Position numbers and translations under genes: made by a program. Positions 9,612 to 18,970 of a stretch of 24,610 bases of DNA are shown here, piece after piece (within the stretch, counting starts at the first letter, position 1; each line of letters starts with the position of its first letter). The notes beneath the pieces are model-generated. The model saw only the letters and a list, made by a program, of their open reading frames with translations, did not search any database and was not told where the DNA came from. Source of the stretch: a virus. Lineage: Duplodnaviria > Caudoviricetes. The stretch is from positions 1 to 24,610 of IMG/VR virus record IMGVR_UViG_3300032087_000151. The stretch is one strand, 5' to 3'.

Positions 9612-11399
9612 TTATTTTTTAGGAGTTAGACCACTTTTCTCCATCTGTTTAGCAAGACCACCTTTAGCCATGCCAAATTCACCGCCTATGCCACGACCTG
9701 AATAAGACGCTGCAGAGGAAGATTGTCTTCCTTGTCCAGTACTTGAATATGCCTGAGATGCTTGTCTATCAGCTTCGCTATCTCCTCTATCTTGTCTTGC
9801 ATATGTTGCTGCTCTAGCCGCTGCTTCCGCTTTTCTTTGCTGTTCTATTTGCTGCCCTTTTTTTCTAGCGTCTGAAAGAGACATACCCGATGCGTCAAAA
9901 CCATATTGAGAAGCTACTTTATCCCTAGCTGATTTAGTGGCACGTGCTTCTGCAAATAGTTGACCGTAAGTTTTCTCGCGTTCCGCCTTGCCGTCATTAT
10001 AAGTTTTTGACAAACCTAGTTCAGCAATATCTTTGCCTAGACCTTCTTCAGTGTTACTTATTTCCGCACGAAGGTCTTCCATAGTTTTACCTTCTAGGGC
10101 AGTATTCAAAGCAGTTTGTGTAGCTTTTAATTCACCTGCCAAACTACGTTTTACTTCAGGGGCAAGTTCATGCAAACGCTGTCCGGCAGTGCCTTCTCCC
10201 GTTTTAAACGCATCCCGTGTTCCACCGTAGGTATTGTCTAAGCCAGAAAGAAATGCATCCATAGTTACTTTTTGAGAGGTAAGAAACTCCCTACGTGGGT
10301 TAACGCCTTTAGTTTCTTTATATTTACCTACACCCGTTTGTTGAGCAATTCGTGTTCCTACTTCTTGTAGTGCGCTTCCTACTGGTGATAATCCAATAGC
10401 CATACCCATAAGTGGTCTTACATCTTTTGCTTGTGCTTTAGCTATTTCATTTAAAGCATCTAATAACTCTTGGTCTTCTACACTACCTTCTTTAGCAGCT
10501 TTTTGCATAGCACCTCTATCGTAACCGACACCTCTCATGTCAGTTGTAGAGAACTGCCCTTTGTCTCCTGAAATAATAGTATCAACTTGAGGCGCACCAT
10601 CATCATCATCTTGAGGCTGTTGTGTTACTTGAGTAGTTTCTGGTGTAGTGTCTTCTACCTTTGTTTCTTGTGGACCTGTCGCTAAGGTATATCCAGATGG
10701 TACAGTAAATGTTGGATGAACCTTACCATCTTTAAAAGGTACTTGTATTTCTTGACCAGATTCATTTCTATATGTTTTATATTCGTCTGGTGGACCTACA
10801 TCAAATCCCGCACCTGCTTGACCGGGTAGCCCAGACACTTGAGTTGTTGAAACAGGTGTTCCTGTAGTTTGTAAAGGTTGCATACCTGTAGGCTGCAAAG
10901 GTTGCATAGACGTAGGTTGAAGAGGTTGCATTGATGGTGGTGTTATAGGTTGGGGTTGAAATCCAGAAAACTGAGATTGTTGAAACCCACTAATGCCATA
11001 GTTTTGCTGTGGTGGCACAAATGTACCTGCTTGTGCTTGAACTACACCACCCTGTGCAAAATCCTGTACACCATCGTCTTCTACTTCTAGGTCATACATA
11101 TCAAATGGTAAATCATCTGGCATGGTAGCTTCTTCACTATTGCCCATTTGACCCATAGCTTCCATCTGAGCCAAACCCATCTTAGCTTCTTGGCGCATAC
11201 GCATTAAGTTTTCAAGGCCAATGTATCGTACTACGTCAGCAGGAAAAACAAATTCACCCTCACTTAGCTGGGCTGGAATATCATCACGTACTTCTTCTTG
11301 CGTAGAGCCTACAGGAACATCGTTACCCGATACAGGGTCAATAGAGCCGCCCTCTTGCATAAGGCCACCGTTATCAAACATGTCCATCTGTTTATCCAT
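9612..11399 (-). CDS. Large low-complexity protein, probably an internal virion protein
   Basis: N-terminal DDIPAQLSEGEFV motif, P/Q/T-rich linker and several (M/F)xxGG motifs; lies between portal and scaffold. Confidence 0.6.
   Translation of the reverse strand: MDKQMDMFDNGGLMQEGGSIDPVSGNDVPVGSTQEEVRDDIPAQLSEGEFVFPADVVRYIGLENLMRMRQEAKMGLAQMEAMGQMGNSEEATMPDDLPFDMYDLEVEDDGVQDFAQGGVVQAQAGTFVPPQQNYGISGFQQSQFSGFQPQPITPPSMQPLQPTSMQPLQPTGMQPLQTTGTPVSTTQVSGLPGQAGAGFDVGPPDEYKTYRNESGQEIQVPFKDGKVHPTFTVPSGYTLATGPQETKVEDTTPETTQVTQQPQDDDDGAPQVDTIISGDKGQFSTTDMRGVGYDRGAMQKAAKEGSVEDQELLDALNEIAKAQAKDVRPLMGMAIGLSPVGSALQEVGTRIAQQTGVGKYKETKGVNPRREFLTSQKVTMDAFLSGLDNTYGGTRDAFKTGEGTAGQRLHELAPEVKRSLAGELKATQTALNTALEGKTMEDLRAEISNTEEGLGKDIAELGLSKTYNDGKAEREKTYGQLFAEARATKSARDKVASQYGFDASGMSLSDARKKGQQIEQQRKAEAAARAATYARQDRGDSEADRQASQAYSSTGQGRQSSSAASYSGRGIGGEFGMAKGGLAKQMEKSGLTPKK
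10863..10934 (-). repeat. 3 x 24-bp coding tandem repeat
   Basis: Encodes SMQPLQPT-SMQPLQPT-GMQPLQTT; units at 10863, 10887 and 10911. Confidence 0.9.
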
Positions 11400-11604
11400 T
11401 TACTTCATCCCGTAAGTATTTGAGTTTACGCAAAGCGGTTATAGCACCCTGCTGACGATGCATCATTACCGTGTCATCAGATTGTTCTAGCACCTTTTGA
11501 TGCTGCTCAATAGCCATATCTACATAACTACTGAATGCTTCCCACTGGCGATTGTTGCCCACCATCGGCTTGAGTTTGCTGAGTACCTGCTGCTTGTCCA
11601 CCAT
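11392..11604 (-). CDS. Small conserved protein downstream of portal
   Basis: MVDKQQVLSKLK...HRQQGAITALRKLKYLRDEV. The start at 11604 is inferred; it overlaps the portal 3' end by 77 nt. Confidence 0.7.
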   Translation of the reverse strand: MVDKQQVLSKLKPMVGNNRQWEAFSSYVDMAIEQHQKVLEQSDDTVMMHRQQGAITALRKLKYLRDEVNG

Positions 11605-13672
11605 TACTACTAAATCCTTGTTCACCCGGAACTGGTACTTGTCCTGTTCCTATTGTTCCACCACCAGCACCTGTTGGGTCTCTTGCATCTGCCCCTGCTG
11701 GTGGAGTCATACCACCTTCAGGTTGAGCAGGTGCTTGAAACTGTTTCATCAATTCTGCTTGAAGTGCTGCTTCACTCATATTGTTGGTTACTTTGTCGGG
11801 GTCAAGGTCCATTGACTTTGCAATCTCACTGATTACATATTGGAACTTAGCAAATGGTGCAAGTGCTGGATTGCTTGCAATTTGCAAGAACTGCATTAGT
11901 CTTTGGCTACGTACTTCATTAGCCATTAGACTTTCTGTACCACGTGCCTTAACTTCCAAATCGCCTTTGATATCTGCGTCAAAGTCAAACTGCATATTAA
12001 AGCGGAAGAAACCCTCACCAAGAGGTCGTAGTAAATAATCATCTACATTCTTGATAACAGTTTTAATATTACCGCTTGCTGCATTCATAAGCATTGAAAT
12101 GCCTGACGCTGTTCTACCTACACCCGACACACCTGTTTGTCCATGTGCAAAGCTAGGAAGACCAGTAGACTCATCTGCAAGCTGACGTGCCTTGTCAAAC
12201 AGCATAAGATTTTCAGAAGCTACGTTAGGAAACTTTGTACCAAAGATAGCCTGACCCGGTGCGCCAGATTGTCTACGAAATACTTTGCCCGGATATATAG
12301 ACATGTCTTGACCCGGCACTAAGTTTGTTTCATCTACTTCGATAAGCAAGTTTCCTGATAGCACAGCATTGTCAACAGCCATACGCATAAAACCATTCAT
12401 TAGTGTTTGCGTATCATCCATGTTTTCAGCAATACCTACACCAAAGAAAGAATATGGGTTCATTTCAAATGGTGAAGCACAGTAGGGTATCTTAGCTGGC
12501 TTAAACGGATTAAGCACCATGCGTATAAGTTTATTGTTACAAATCCACACGTTTGCCTGTAACTCATCAAAGTCTTTTAGTTCGTTTGGTATTTCTACAC
12601 CCTGCTCTTCTAGCATTTCGGTGTCAACCATACCCCAATACTCAAGAACTTCAAAGCGGTCAATGCCATGCTCTGGTGCATAATCAGATAGGTCATCTTC
12701 CCAATACTTCTTGATGTAGTTTTCACCCATCTGGATGCACTCATCAATAACTTGACCACGAAAGTACGGACGCTTCTTTAACATACGCATTTGTGAGCGA
12801 GACATCTTATGACGCTCGATTACAAACTGCGCCTCATCCATGTTGTTTGAATCTGGGTCTGGATAAAAATTCCACACCGATACATGTTCTACTTGTGGTA
12901 CTGTTTTAAACAGTGGGTCATAGTTACCATCGTCATCCCAATTAGGATATTCTTTATCTTTGGCAAACGGACCTTTCATAATACCTGTGCCAAACAATGC
13001 CATTTCAAAAGCACTGCTACGTAGATTTTTGTTAGCACCTGACTCTTCAAGCTGGTCGTGTATCTTCTTCTGCATCTTCTTAGCAGCAATCATTGCTGGG
13101 CTAAATTCAATTGCAGTAGGCGTTTTGCCCGGACCTTCTTTTAGTTTTTCTTGTACACCTTCAAGTTTATCTTCTAACGGTCCAAGCTTTTCAGCCAGAG
13201 TTTTAGCTGTAGCACCCGGTGGCAAATCTTTTCCATCACCTCTAAAACCATATGGGCTAGATAAAGAAGTCTCTGCTTGTAATTGTTCAGGCTCTTTTGG
13301 GTCAAAATGAACATCTGCCACGACACCTTCTGGTAAAGTCGTAGGCTCAATAGATAAAGGAAACTTGTTATTGGCAAACAAAACATCAACAATTTGCCCG
13401 TAAGCGGCAAGAGTTTTTGTTTTAGTGACTTTAATAAAGACACGTGATTTCTCCGCTTCTGTAAATTGTACGTCAGGACCATACAAACCACGATAGTTAC
13501 GATAGGCTCTTAACCAACGCTCTTCATCCTGATAACGATAATCTTCCGCACGTCTATAACGCTCAATGACAAATGGTATGATATTAGACACGTCAGCATC
13601 AAAAGTCACAGAATCATCTGTATCCTCTAACGCAATAGCGTCATCTTCAATCATGATATCATCTTCATCCAT
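11528..13672 (-). CDS. Portal protein
   Basis: 714 aa directly after TerL; NFYPDP, FFGVGIAE and RTASGISMLM motifs of podoviral portals. Confidence 0.9.
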   Translation of the reverse strand: MDEDDIMIEDDAIALEDTDDSVTFDADVSNIIPFVIERYRRAEDYRYQDEERWLRAYRNYRGLYGPDVQFTEAEKSRVFIKVTKTKTLAAYGQIVDVLFANNKFPLSIEPTTLPEGVVADVHFDPKEPEQLQAETSLSSPYGFRGDGKDLPPGATAKTLAEKLGPLEDKLEGVQEKLKEGPGKTPTAIEFSPAMIAAKKMQKKIHDQLEESGANKNLRSSAFEMALFGTGIMKGPFAKDKEYPNWDDDGNYDPLFKTVPQVEHVSVWNFYPDPDSNNMDEAQFVIERHKMSRSQMRMLKKRPYFRGQVIDECIQMGENYIKKYWEDDLSDYAPEHGIDRFEVLEYWGMVDTEMLEEQGVEIPNELKDFDELQANVWICNNKLIRMVLNPFKPAKIPYCASPFEMNPYSFFGVGIAENMDDTQTLMNGFMRMAVDNAVLSGNLLIEVDETNLVPGQDMSIYPGKVFRRQSGAPGQAIFGTKFPNVASENLMLFDKARQLADESTGLPSFAHGQTGVSGVGRTASGISMLMNAASGNIKTVIKNVDDYLLRPLGEGFFRFNMQFDFDADIKGDLEVKARGTESLMANEVRSQRLMQFLQIASNPALAPFAKFQYVISEIAKSMDLDPDKVTNNMSEAALQAELMKQFQAPAQPEGGMTPPAGADARDPTGAGGGTIGTGQVPVPGEQGFSSNGGQAAGTQQTQADGGQQSPVGSIQ

Positions 13673-13683
13673 ACTTTTTTTCC

Positions 13684-15252
13684 TTAGTATCCAAAGGTAG
13701 CATCTGCAACTTGCATACCGCCACCGGGTCTACCCATCGGGTCATAATCAAATATACTAAACCTTGGTCGTGACATTATACCATACCTTAACGCATCATA
13801 CAAGTGGTCTTCTGCTTTCGTGTCCACATCCTCTGGATTCTTTTTATCCAACGGGATGGACGGTAATTGGGCGACAATGTTTGTGCAACTATCAAAGAAA
13901 ACAAGTCTAGGCTCTTCCGTAAATTCATCTATCTGTAAACGTCTATGTATTTCGTTCTTACCTGCTACACGGCTACCACGGCTTCTGTCTGAAGGTCTCC
14001 ACCTGCAACCTCTGCTTATCATCTGTTCCGCAAGAGATGGTCCAGTATCACCACGCTTATGCCAAAGACTACTATCCAAGACACCATATTTAATATTTCC
14101 ATCTTCGGCTTCCAATTCTAATACCATGTCAGCTAAGTCCGTAGCTAGGACTTTCGACACGTACAATTCCCTGTACACAATGAGTTGCTCAGACGGTGCG
14201 ACAGCGAACCAAACAACACCGCTGTAAGAACCATACCCGTAATCACATGCTCTAAACTTAACCCAATTGTTAGGAATATTAAAAGGTTCAACAACATGAA
14301 TATCACGGTTAAACTCTGTGAACGCAGCACCTTCTTTAATATCCCAATCGCCCTCAAGGAGTTGTCTACGCTGTTGCTCTGGGAGCGACAAGAGCATAGC
14401 TTCGTAGTCACCTGCCTCAGAGAGATACGGGTTGTCAGATAGTCTAGCAGGAATGAACCTACGTTTAAATAGTGACTTACCAGCTTTGCTATGCCCTGCT
14501 GGATACCTAAGAACTTCACCTGTTTCAATATCTGTCGCATCATATGCCTTGTTGTAGGGTGCTGGGTCAATAAACATTTTCTTTACCCAGTGATGCCCTC
14601 TTCCACCGGGATTTGTGGTTGCCCTCATAAAAATGGGCAAATCAGGGGCAGTGGACCGTAGACGACTTCGCATGTAATTCCACGCATATGGCGATTGCCA
14701 CTGGGTCAGTTCGTCAAAGCCTATCCAGCTAAAAGCTAGACCCTGATAACGCAGGACATCTTCATCTCTGTCAAGGTATGACATCCACAACCTCGCACCA
14801 GATGGCGCAGTCCACTGCATCTTTCTTTCTGACCACTTTATTCCGGGCCAGATTTTTGGATAGAGTTCTTGTGATTTAAATATTAGTTCACGTAACTCTT
14901 CCGTAGTGTGTCGTAGCAACAGCCCACTAAACTGTGGATGCCCCATGTAACGAAGCGGGTCTGCAAGCATAGCGTAGGATTTACCACCACCTGCTGAACC
15001 ACCGTATAATACTTCACGTTCACTTGCCGCAAGAAAGTCTGTCTGTGGGCCGGGGTTAGGTTTAAAGAGTACGTTAGCTGTTTCTTCTACACTCTCAAAC
15101 TCAACAGCTTCAGATTCAATTTCCTGTATCTCAACCTGCGGCTTTTGAACCTGTTCTTTCTTCTTCGAGGCTTTGCGCTTTGGCGATTGCCTTTTCCGCA
15201 TACTCTGCCCACTTGCGGAGGCTTTTAGCTTGGTTCTTACGCTGTCGCTCAT
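13684..15252 (-). CDS. terL: Terminase large subunit
   Basis: Walker A GGSAGGGKS, Walker B IGFDE, ATTNPGG, and nuclease-domain DYGY and DHLYDALRY. Start codon uncertain. Confidence 0.95.
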   Translation of the reverse strand: MSDSVRTKLKASASGQSMRKRQSPKRKASKKKEQVQKPQVEIQEIESEAVEFESVEETANVLFKPNPGPQTDFLAASEREVLYGGSAGGGKSYAMLADPLRYMGHPQFSGLLLRHTTEELRELIFKSQELYPKIWPGIKWSERKMQWTAPSGARLWMSYLDRDEDVLRYQGLAFSWIGFDELTQWQSPYAWNYMRSRLRSTAPDLPIFMRATTNPGGRGHHWVKKMFIDPAPYNKAYDATDIETGEVLRYPAGHSKAGKSLFKRRFIPARLSDNPYLSEAGDYEAMLLSLPEQQRRQLLEGDWDIKEGAAFTEFNRDIHVVEPFNIPNNWVKFRACDYGYGSYSGVVWFAVAPSEQLIVYRELYVSKVLATDLADMVLELEAEDGNIKYGVLDSSLWHKRGDTGPSLAEQMISRGCRWRPSDRSRGSRVAGKNEIHRRLQIDEFTEEPRLVFFDSCTNIVAQLPSIPLDKKNPEDVDTKAEDHLYDALRYGIMSRPRFSIFDYDPMGRPGGGMQVADATFGY

Positions 15253-15532
15253 ACTGTAACCGCTTTCTTAATCCTACGTGTGATATATATCTACCACTAT
15301 TTGTACTCAGCCAGTTAGCTACCTCACGATAGCTATATTGATTTGTGTATGTTCTGGCTTTTTCAAGCAAATCCAACTCAGTTGGGATGGGGTCAAGAAT
15401 ATCGGGGTCTTCTTCGTTTCGTTTGTAACCAAAGGGTACAGTACGTGCAATACGTGGTATCTGTACCCATTCGTTTTCTTCTTTAATATCGGTTGGCTGT
15501 GGAAGTTTCCACTGCCCTGCTGTTCTAGTCAT
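15131..15532 (-). CDS. Putative DNA-binding protein between terS and terL
   Basis: PFGY...YSYREVANWLS...ISHVGLRKR resembles a serine-recombinase DNA-binding/HTH segment. Likely start is MTRTAGQW. Confidence 0.6.
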   Translation of the reverse strand: MTRTAGQWKLPQPTDIKEENEWVQIPRIARTVPFGYKRNEEDPDILDPIPTELDLLEKARTYTNQYSYREVANWLSTNSGRYISHVGLRKRLQYERQRKNQAKSLRKWAEYAEKAIAKAQSLEEERTGSKAAG

Positions 15533-15899
15533 CGTCTTCCACAATTGCTTTAGCTGGCATAAGCATAACACCACCTGCTGCTTCTACCTGTACCTTTTCT
15601 GTTTTAATCAAACCTGTACGGTCTAGCAGTTCTTTGGCTGCTGCCATCTTGTCACGAATACCAAGTTCAGTTGGGTCATACAGTGCGCCTGTTACAGCCA
15701 TTGCAGCTTTTGGTGCATTACGTGCCATGTACATCTGCGTTGCTTCAAGTATCTCTTCCTTGAGACCTTTTACAATTGCAGTTGTTGGCGTATTCTCTGA
15801 ATACCCCGCCAGTTTCTTAGCGGAAACTACGTCACCACCAGCCTCTTCAAAGAGGACTTCAAGAAACTTCTGTTGTCTTTCGTTTAGTTCTCTAGCCAT
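15525..15899 (-). CDS. terS: Terminase small subunit (putative)
   Basis: LNERQQKFL...AKKLAGYS HTH and AAKELLDRTG motifs; upstream of terL. Confidence 0.75.
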   Translation of the reverse strand: MARELNERQQKFLEVLFEEAGGDVVSAKKLAGYSENTPTTAIVKGLKEEILEATQMYMARNAPKAAMAVTGALYDPTELGIRDKMAAAKELLDRTGLIKTEKVQVEAAGGVMLMPAKAIVEDDD

Positions 15900-16261
15900 T
15901 ATTTCTTTTTCATATTGTTTGTAGATGACATAACCATGCCGCCTTTATTAAAACGATAGTCAGTGTGTCCTGTACGTGGCTTACCAATGTATCCACCTTT
16001 ATTCCTAGTAAGACCAGACATAAAAGAACCTAGCCCTTCAGAAATAGATTTAGCTTTAGGTTTTTTCTTTGTGTCATCGTCACTACCGAACAAACCAGAG
16101 ATAGCTTTTTTAGCTGCTTCAACAGCACCTATTTCACCTGAAATGCCATATTCTTTAATATCAGATTTAGATGCTTTACCTAAACGCTGTTTAGAACCGC
16201 CCTTTGTACCTCGATATAGTACAGGTGTTCCTGATTTATCTCTTTCAATAAAAATAGCCAT
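15899..16261 (-). CDS. Small basic hypothetical protein with NKGG motifs
   Basis: TAATG-coupled on both sides; Lys-rich. Confidence 0.7.
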   Translation of the reverse strand: MAIFIERDKSGTPVLYRGTKGGSKQRLGKASKSDIKEYGISGEIGAVEAAKKAISGLFGSDDDTKKKPKAKSISEGLGSFMSGLTRNKGGYIGKPRTGHTDYRFNKGGMVMSSTNNMKKK

Positions 16262-16749
16262 TACTTTAATTCTCCATGATGCATAGCGTGAGCCAGTTTA
16301 TGGCTACGTGATTTTACTTGAACAGCCCATCTGCTGTCAAGCATTTCTTTTGCTGCGGTGCGGAAATCGTCTTCATGAATAGCCGACCACATTTTTTTAA
16401 ATTTACATAAACGCGGCACACCCATATTAAATGCCATGTCTACCAGTACAAGCTGACGTACAGCGTCTAAGCTGTCTACGCAAGGGTGCGCCCGTAACAG
16501 TTCTTCCTCAACTATCTGTACGTCATTCTCTAATAGATATGCAGCGTCATTTTCTGTAATACCATGTTCGTACACTGCTTCTATGTTTGGAAAGTCCAGA
16601 GCAGCCAACTCTTCGTCAGTAATACCTCTGTCTTCTAAGTTTCTGCCCACACCTATTGTATCAATGCCAAGTGTATCCTGATACACCTCAAGGCGAAGAC
16701 CTTCACTCTGAACAAGCTGTTTAATCAAATGTGTGCGAATATATTTCAT
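16261..16749 (-). CDS. Endolysin, T4-lysozyme-like (GH24) muramidase
   Basis: E-x8-D-x5-T triad (EGLRLEVYQDTLGIDTIGVG), plus MAFNMG and EMLDSRWA. Confidence 0.9.
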   Translation of the reverse strand: MKYIRTHLIKQLVQSEGLRLEVYQDTLGIDTIGVGRNLEDRGITDEELAALDFPNIEAVYEHGITENDAAYLLENDVQIVEEELLRAHPCVDSLDAVRQLVLVDMAFNMGVPRLCKFKKMWSAIHEDDFRTAAKEMLDSRWAVQVKSRSHKLAHAMHHGELK

Positions 16750-16959
16750 CTACTTGCCCTTTGCTTCTCTGCCCAGATAGATGCCATACACACCTGTCAT
16801 AACACCCATGATAACAGAAACAAATGCAGACTGCTGTGTTGTTGGGTCTTCGAGGTTCATAAACCACTCAGCACAACGCCACGACATTGCAACAGAAGCA
16901 ATCATGGTTAGCTTTGCTGTAATGTTTATCTTCATATATTTGTTAAACCAATCAGCCAT
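16750..16959 (-). CDS. Small two-TM membrane protein (holin-like)
   Basis: Two hydrophobic segments and a basic C-terminus; adjacent to the endolysin. Confidence 0.6.
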   Translation of the reverse strand: MADWFNKYMKINITAKLTMIASVAMSWRCAEWFMNLEDPTTQQSAFVSVIMGVMTGVYGIYLGREAKGK

Positions 16960-17066
16960 TACTTACACAAGTCCTCATAGCGTGTTGTGTGCAGTCTGTG
17001 CTGCGACAAGTCACCCACGTAATTGTACACAAATACTTTGTTGATTAGTGCTATTAGATGTTTCAT
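16959..17066 (-). CDS. 35-aa microprotein
   Basis: MKHLIALINKVFVYNYVGDLSQHRLHTTRYEDLCK. It fills the gap exactly, with an ATGA overlap upstream and a TAATG overlap downstream. Confidence 0.7.
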   Translation of the reverse strand: MKHLIALINKVFVYNYVGDLSQHRLHTTRYEDLCK

Positions 17067-17446
17067 TTTTTACCAAAGAATTTTGTAGCTGAACGTACTC
17101 CGAAAGAAGCAGCAACGATAACTCCAAGTGAGTACTGATACCATTCAGGCATTGCGTTGAGTTGTGCGAATCCGTTTGCAACTACTTCTTCCATTCCCGG
17201 CACAAAAGCTAGTATAAGTGGAATGCTAAATAGTATAGTAAGCCATTCGTCTTTCCACGAAGACTGACTTCCTTTAGCCATCTCTAAGTCCCAATCAATT
17301 TCACCCGTAGCTTTTTTTTGCATCACTACAGCTTCAGCCTGTGCTTTAGCAACTTTACTTGCTGATTGGGCTTTCTTCTCTTCTACCTTACCCTCTAACC
17401 ATGTAGAGGCAATATTACTTATTGGACCTATCAGTGCGGTTAGCAT
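17063..17446 (-). CDS. Holin, 3TM (GTA-holin-like) family
   Basis: SWKDEWLTILFSIP...PEWY...ASFGVRS pattern with a basic tail; in the lysis cluster. Confidence 0.7.
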   Translation of the reverse strand: MLTALIGPISNIASTWLEGKVEEKKAQSASKVAKAQAEAVVMQKKATGEIDWDLEMAKGSQSSWKDEWLTILFSIPLILAFVPGMEEVVANGFAQLNAMPEWYQYSLGVIVAASFGVRSATKFFGKK

Positions 17447-17694
17447 TACACACCTCTTCTGAATTTGGCGGTTTTCTTTTGTATCGCTTTAGGCTGTCTG
17501 ACGAATTGCTTACCAGCAGCAGTTCCTTTTCGTTTAGCACTGGTGGTGGCTGCGTACTCCTGCGGTGACAACGCTTTGATAGCCGCAGCAGGTAAGTACC
17601 GTTCTCCAGTTTTTCCAGACGGCTTCCCACTCTTTGTTCCCCACTTCTGTTTAGTCCATGACTTTAGACTTTTTTGTGGTCCTTTAAGTGTCAT
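17446..17694 (-). CDS. Basic protein resembling the C-terminal half of DUF5872
   Basis: QKSLKSWTKQKW.TKSG...ERYLP...GKQFV. Start is MTLKG at 17694 (TAATG). Confidence 0.7.
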   Translation of the reverse strand: MTLKGPQKSLKSWTKQKWGTKSGKPSGKTGERYLPAAAIKALSPQEYAATTSAKRKGTAAGKQFVRQPKAIQKKTAKFRRGV

Positions 17695-18134
17695 TATATT
17701 GTGCCTTTCAAATACATTGCCCAAGCAACCAAGGCAGCTACACCAAACAATCCTACTATACATAGTATAGCTATAGTACCTATTTCAATCCAGTTCTGTA
17801 TCTGCCGCCTACGGGCTTCTGCTGCAGCTAGTCTATCTTTACGTGCTTGTGCCTGAAACCTTATCCAATCATGCCACAGTCCGGGTCTGCCTGTGTATAT
17901 CATAAGCTGCTTCAGTTCTTCTTCTTGCTGCTTTAGCTTTTCAAGATGCATGAACTCTTCTAAGTCTGCACCACCCGCACCACGTTTTTTCTTCTCGCCT
18001 TGTTTACGTAGGTCCTCTGTGGCATTTACATATTTGCCTACTTGCGATGCAACGTCAGCTATCTCACGTCCATTACTGATAGCCATCTTGATTGCTGCAA
18101 ATGCTGCATTGGCTGCGGCTATCTCTGCTAACAT
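17694..18134 (-). CDS. Conserved phage protein with a C-terminal TM helix
   Basis: Amphipathic N-terminus, a coiled coil and a hydrophobic C-terminus. Confidence 0.75.
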   Translation of the reverse strand: MLAEIAAANAAFAAIKMAISNGREIADVASQVGKYVNATEDLRKQGEKKKRGAGGADLEEFMHLEKLKQQEEELKQLMIYTGRPGLWHDWIRFQAQARKDRLAAAEARRRQIQNWIEIGTIAILCIVGLFGVAALVAWAMYLKGTI

Positions 18135-18137
18135 TTG

Positions 18138-18356
18138 CTACTCCACAATCTTTACGATGTAATTCTTTCCGTCTGGACCTTTACTAATTTCAACTGTTTT
18201 GTTTTCACAAGAGTACCGCACATTACCTGTGTCTTTGTACAGGTTTCTTTCTATTGTGCGTTTAGCTTTTAAACACTTTGACAGCTTTTCAAATGCTGTG
18301 TGTTCAGCTACATTTCCTGCAAGATAAAGTATCAGAGTAATTGTTTCAGTCACCAT
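18138..18356 (-). CDS. Small hypothetical protein with hydrophobic N-terminus and two Cys
   Basis: MVTETITLILYL...CLKAKR...YSC; start inferred. Confidence 0.65.
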   Translation of the reverse strand: MVTETITLILYLAGNVAEHTAFEKLSKCLKAKRTIERNLYKDTGNVRYSCENKTVEISKGPDGKNYIVKIVE

Positions 18357-18750
18357 GATTTCCGTTTCGCATTTTCTCAAGCCGTGCTTCTATGGCACTG
18401 ATACGTTTTTCATAAAACTCCAAAGTTAGTTTCTGCTGTTGGTCATGTGGCGCACGACCTTCATCTATCTGTGCTGTCAGTTCGTCTAGCTGGTCAGCAA
18501 GATGTTCAATCAACATGAACTGTTCGCTGTCGGCAGGTAGACTGCCCATCTCGCCACGAGGCCATTTAATACGAAACTCTGTGTTTTGTCCTAAGTCAGA
18601 CTCCATCATTGTGATGTTTGTCTCTATCTGATTAAGACGCTCTATGATACCAAAGTATGCCCACGTTGCGAGTGAGGCTGCAGCAACCATGCTGATAATG
18701 TTGCGAAGGGGTAACGCAACCTCAGTGTTCTCGTTCAGTTTTGCAGCCAT
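18346..18750 (-). CDS. Membrane-anchored coiled-coil protein
   Basis: N-terminal TM segment (IISMVAAASLATWAYFGII) followed by heptad-like helices; TAATG coupling. Confidence 0.7.
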   Translation of the reverse strand: MAAKLNENTEVALPLRNIISMVAAASLATWAYFGIIERLNQIETNITMMESDLGQNTEFRIKWPRGEMGSLPADSEQFMLIEHLADQLDELTAQIDEGRAPHDQQQKLTLEFYEKRISAIEARLEKMRNGNHGD

Positions 18751-18965
18751 TAGCTTTTATAACCGCCACCTGCTTTTTTGTACTCAAGGGCAAGCAACTG
18801 CGCTTTTCTTGCTGACCACTGACCAGCCTTACCGCCACGTGTTCCAGCTTTAATTTTATTGAACAGACGTTTTCTTAACTCTGGCTTGGTATAGTTACCT
18901 GCCTCATTTACTCTGCTTTTAGCTTTCTTCTTAGCAGGTTTCTTTGGTGCTTTACGTGTTGCCAT
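18750..18965 (-). CDS. Basic protein resembling the N-terminal half of DUF5872
   Basis: YTKPELRKR...GGKAGQWSARKAQLLALEYKKAGGGY. Confidence 0.75.
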   Translation of the reverse strand: MATRKAPKKPAKKKAKSRVNEAGNYTKPELRKRLFNKIKAGTRGGKAGQWSARKAQLLALEYKKAGGGYKS

Positions 18966-18970
18966 AGTTA

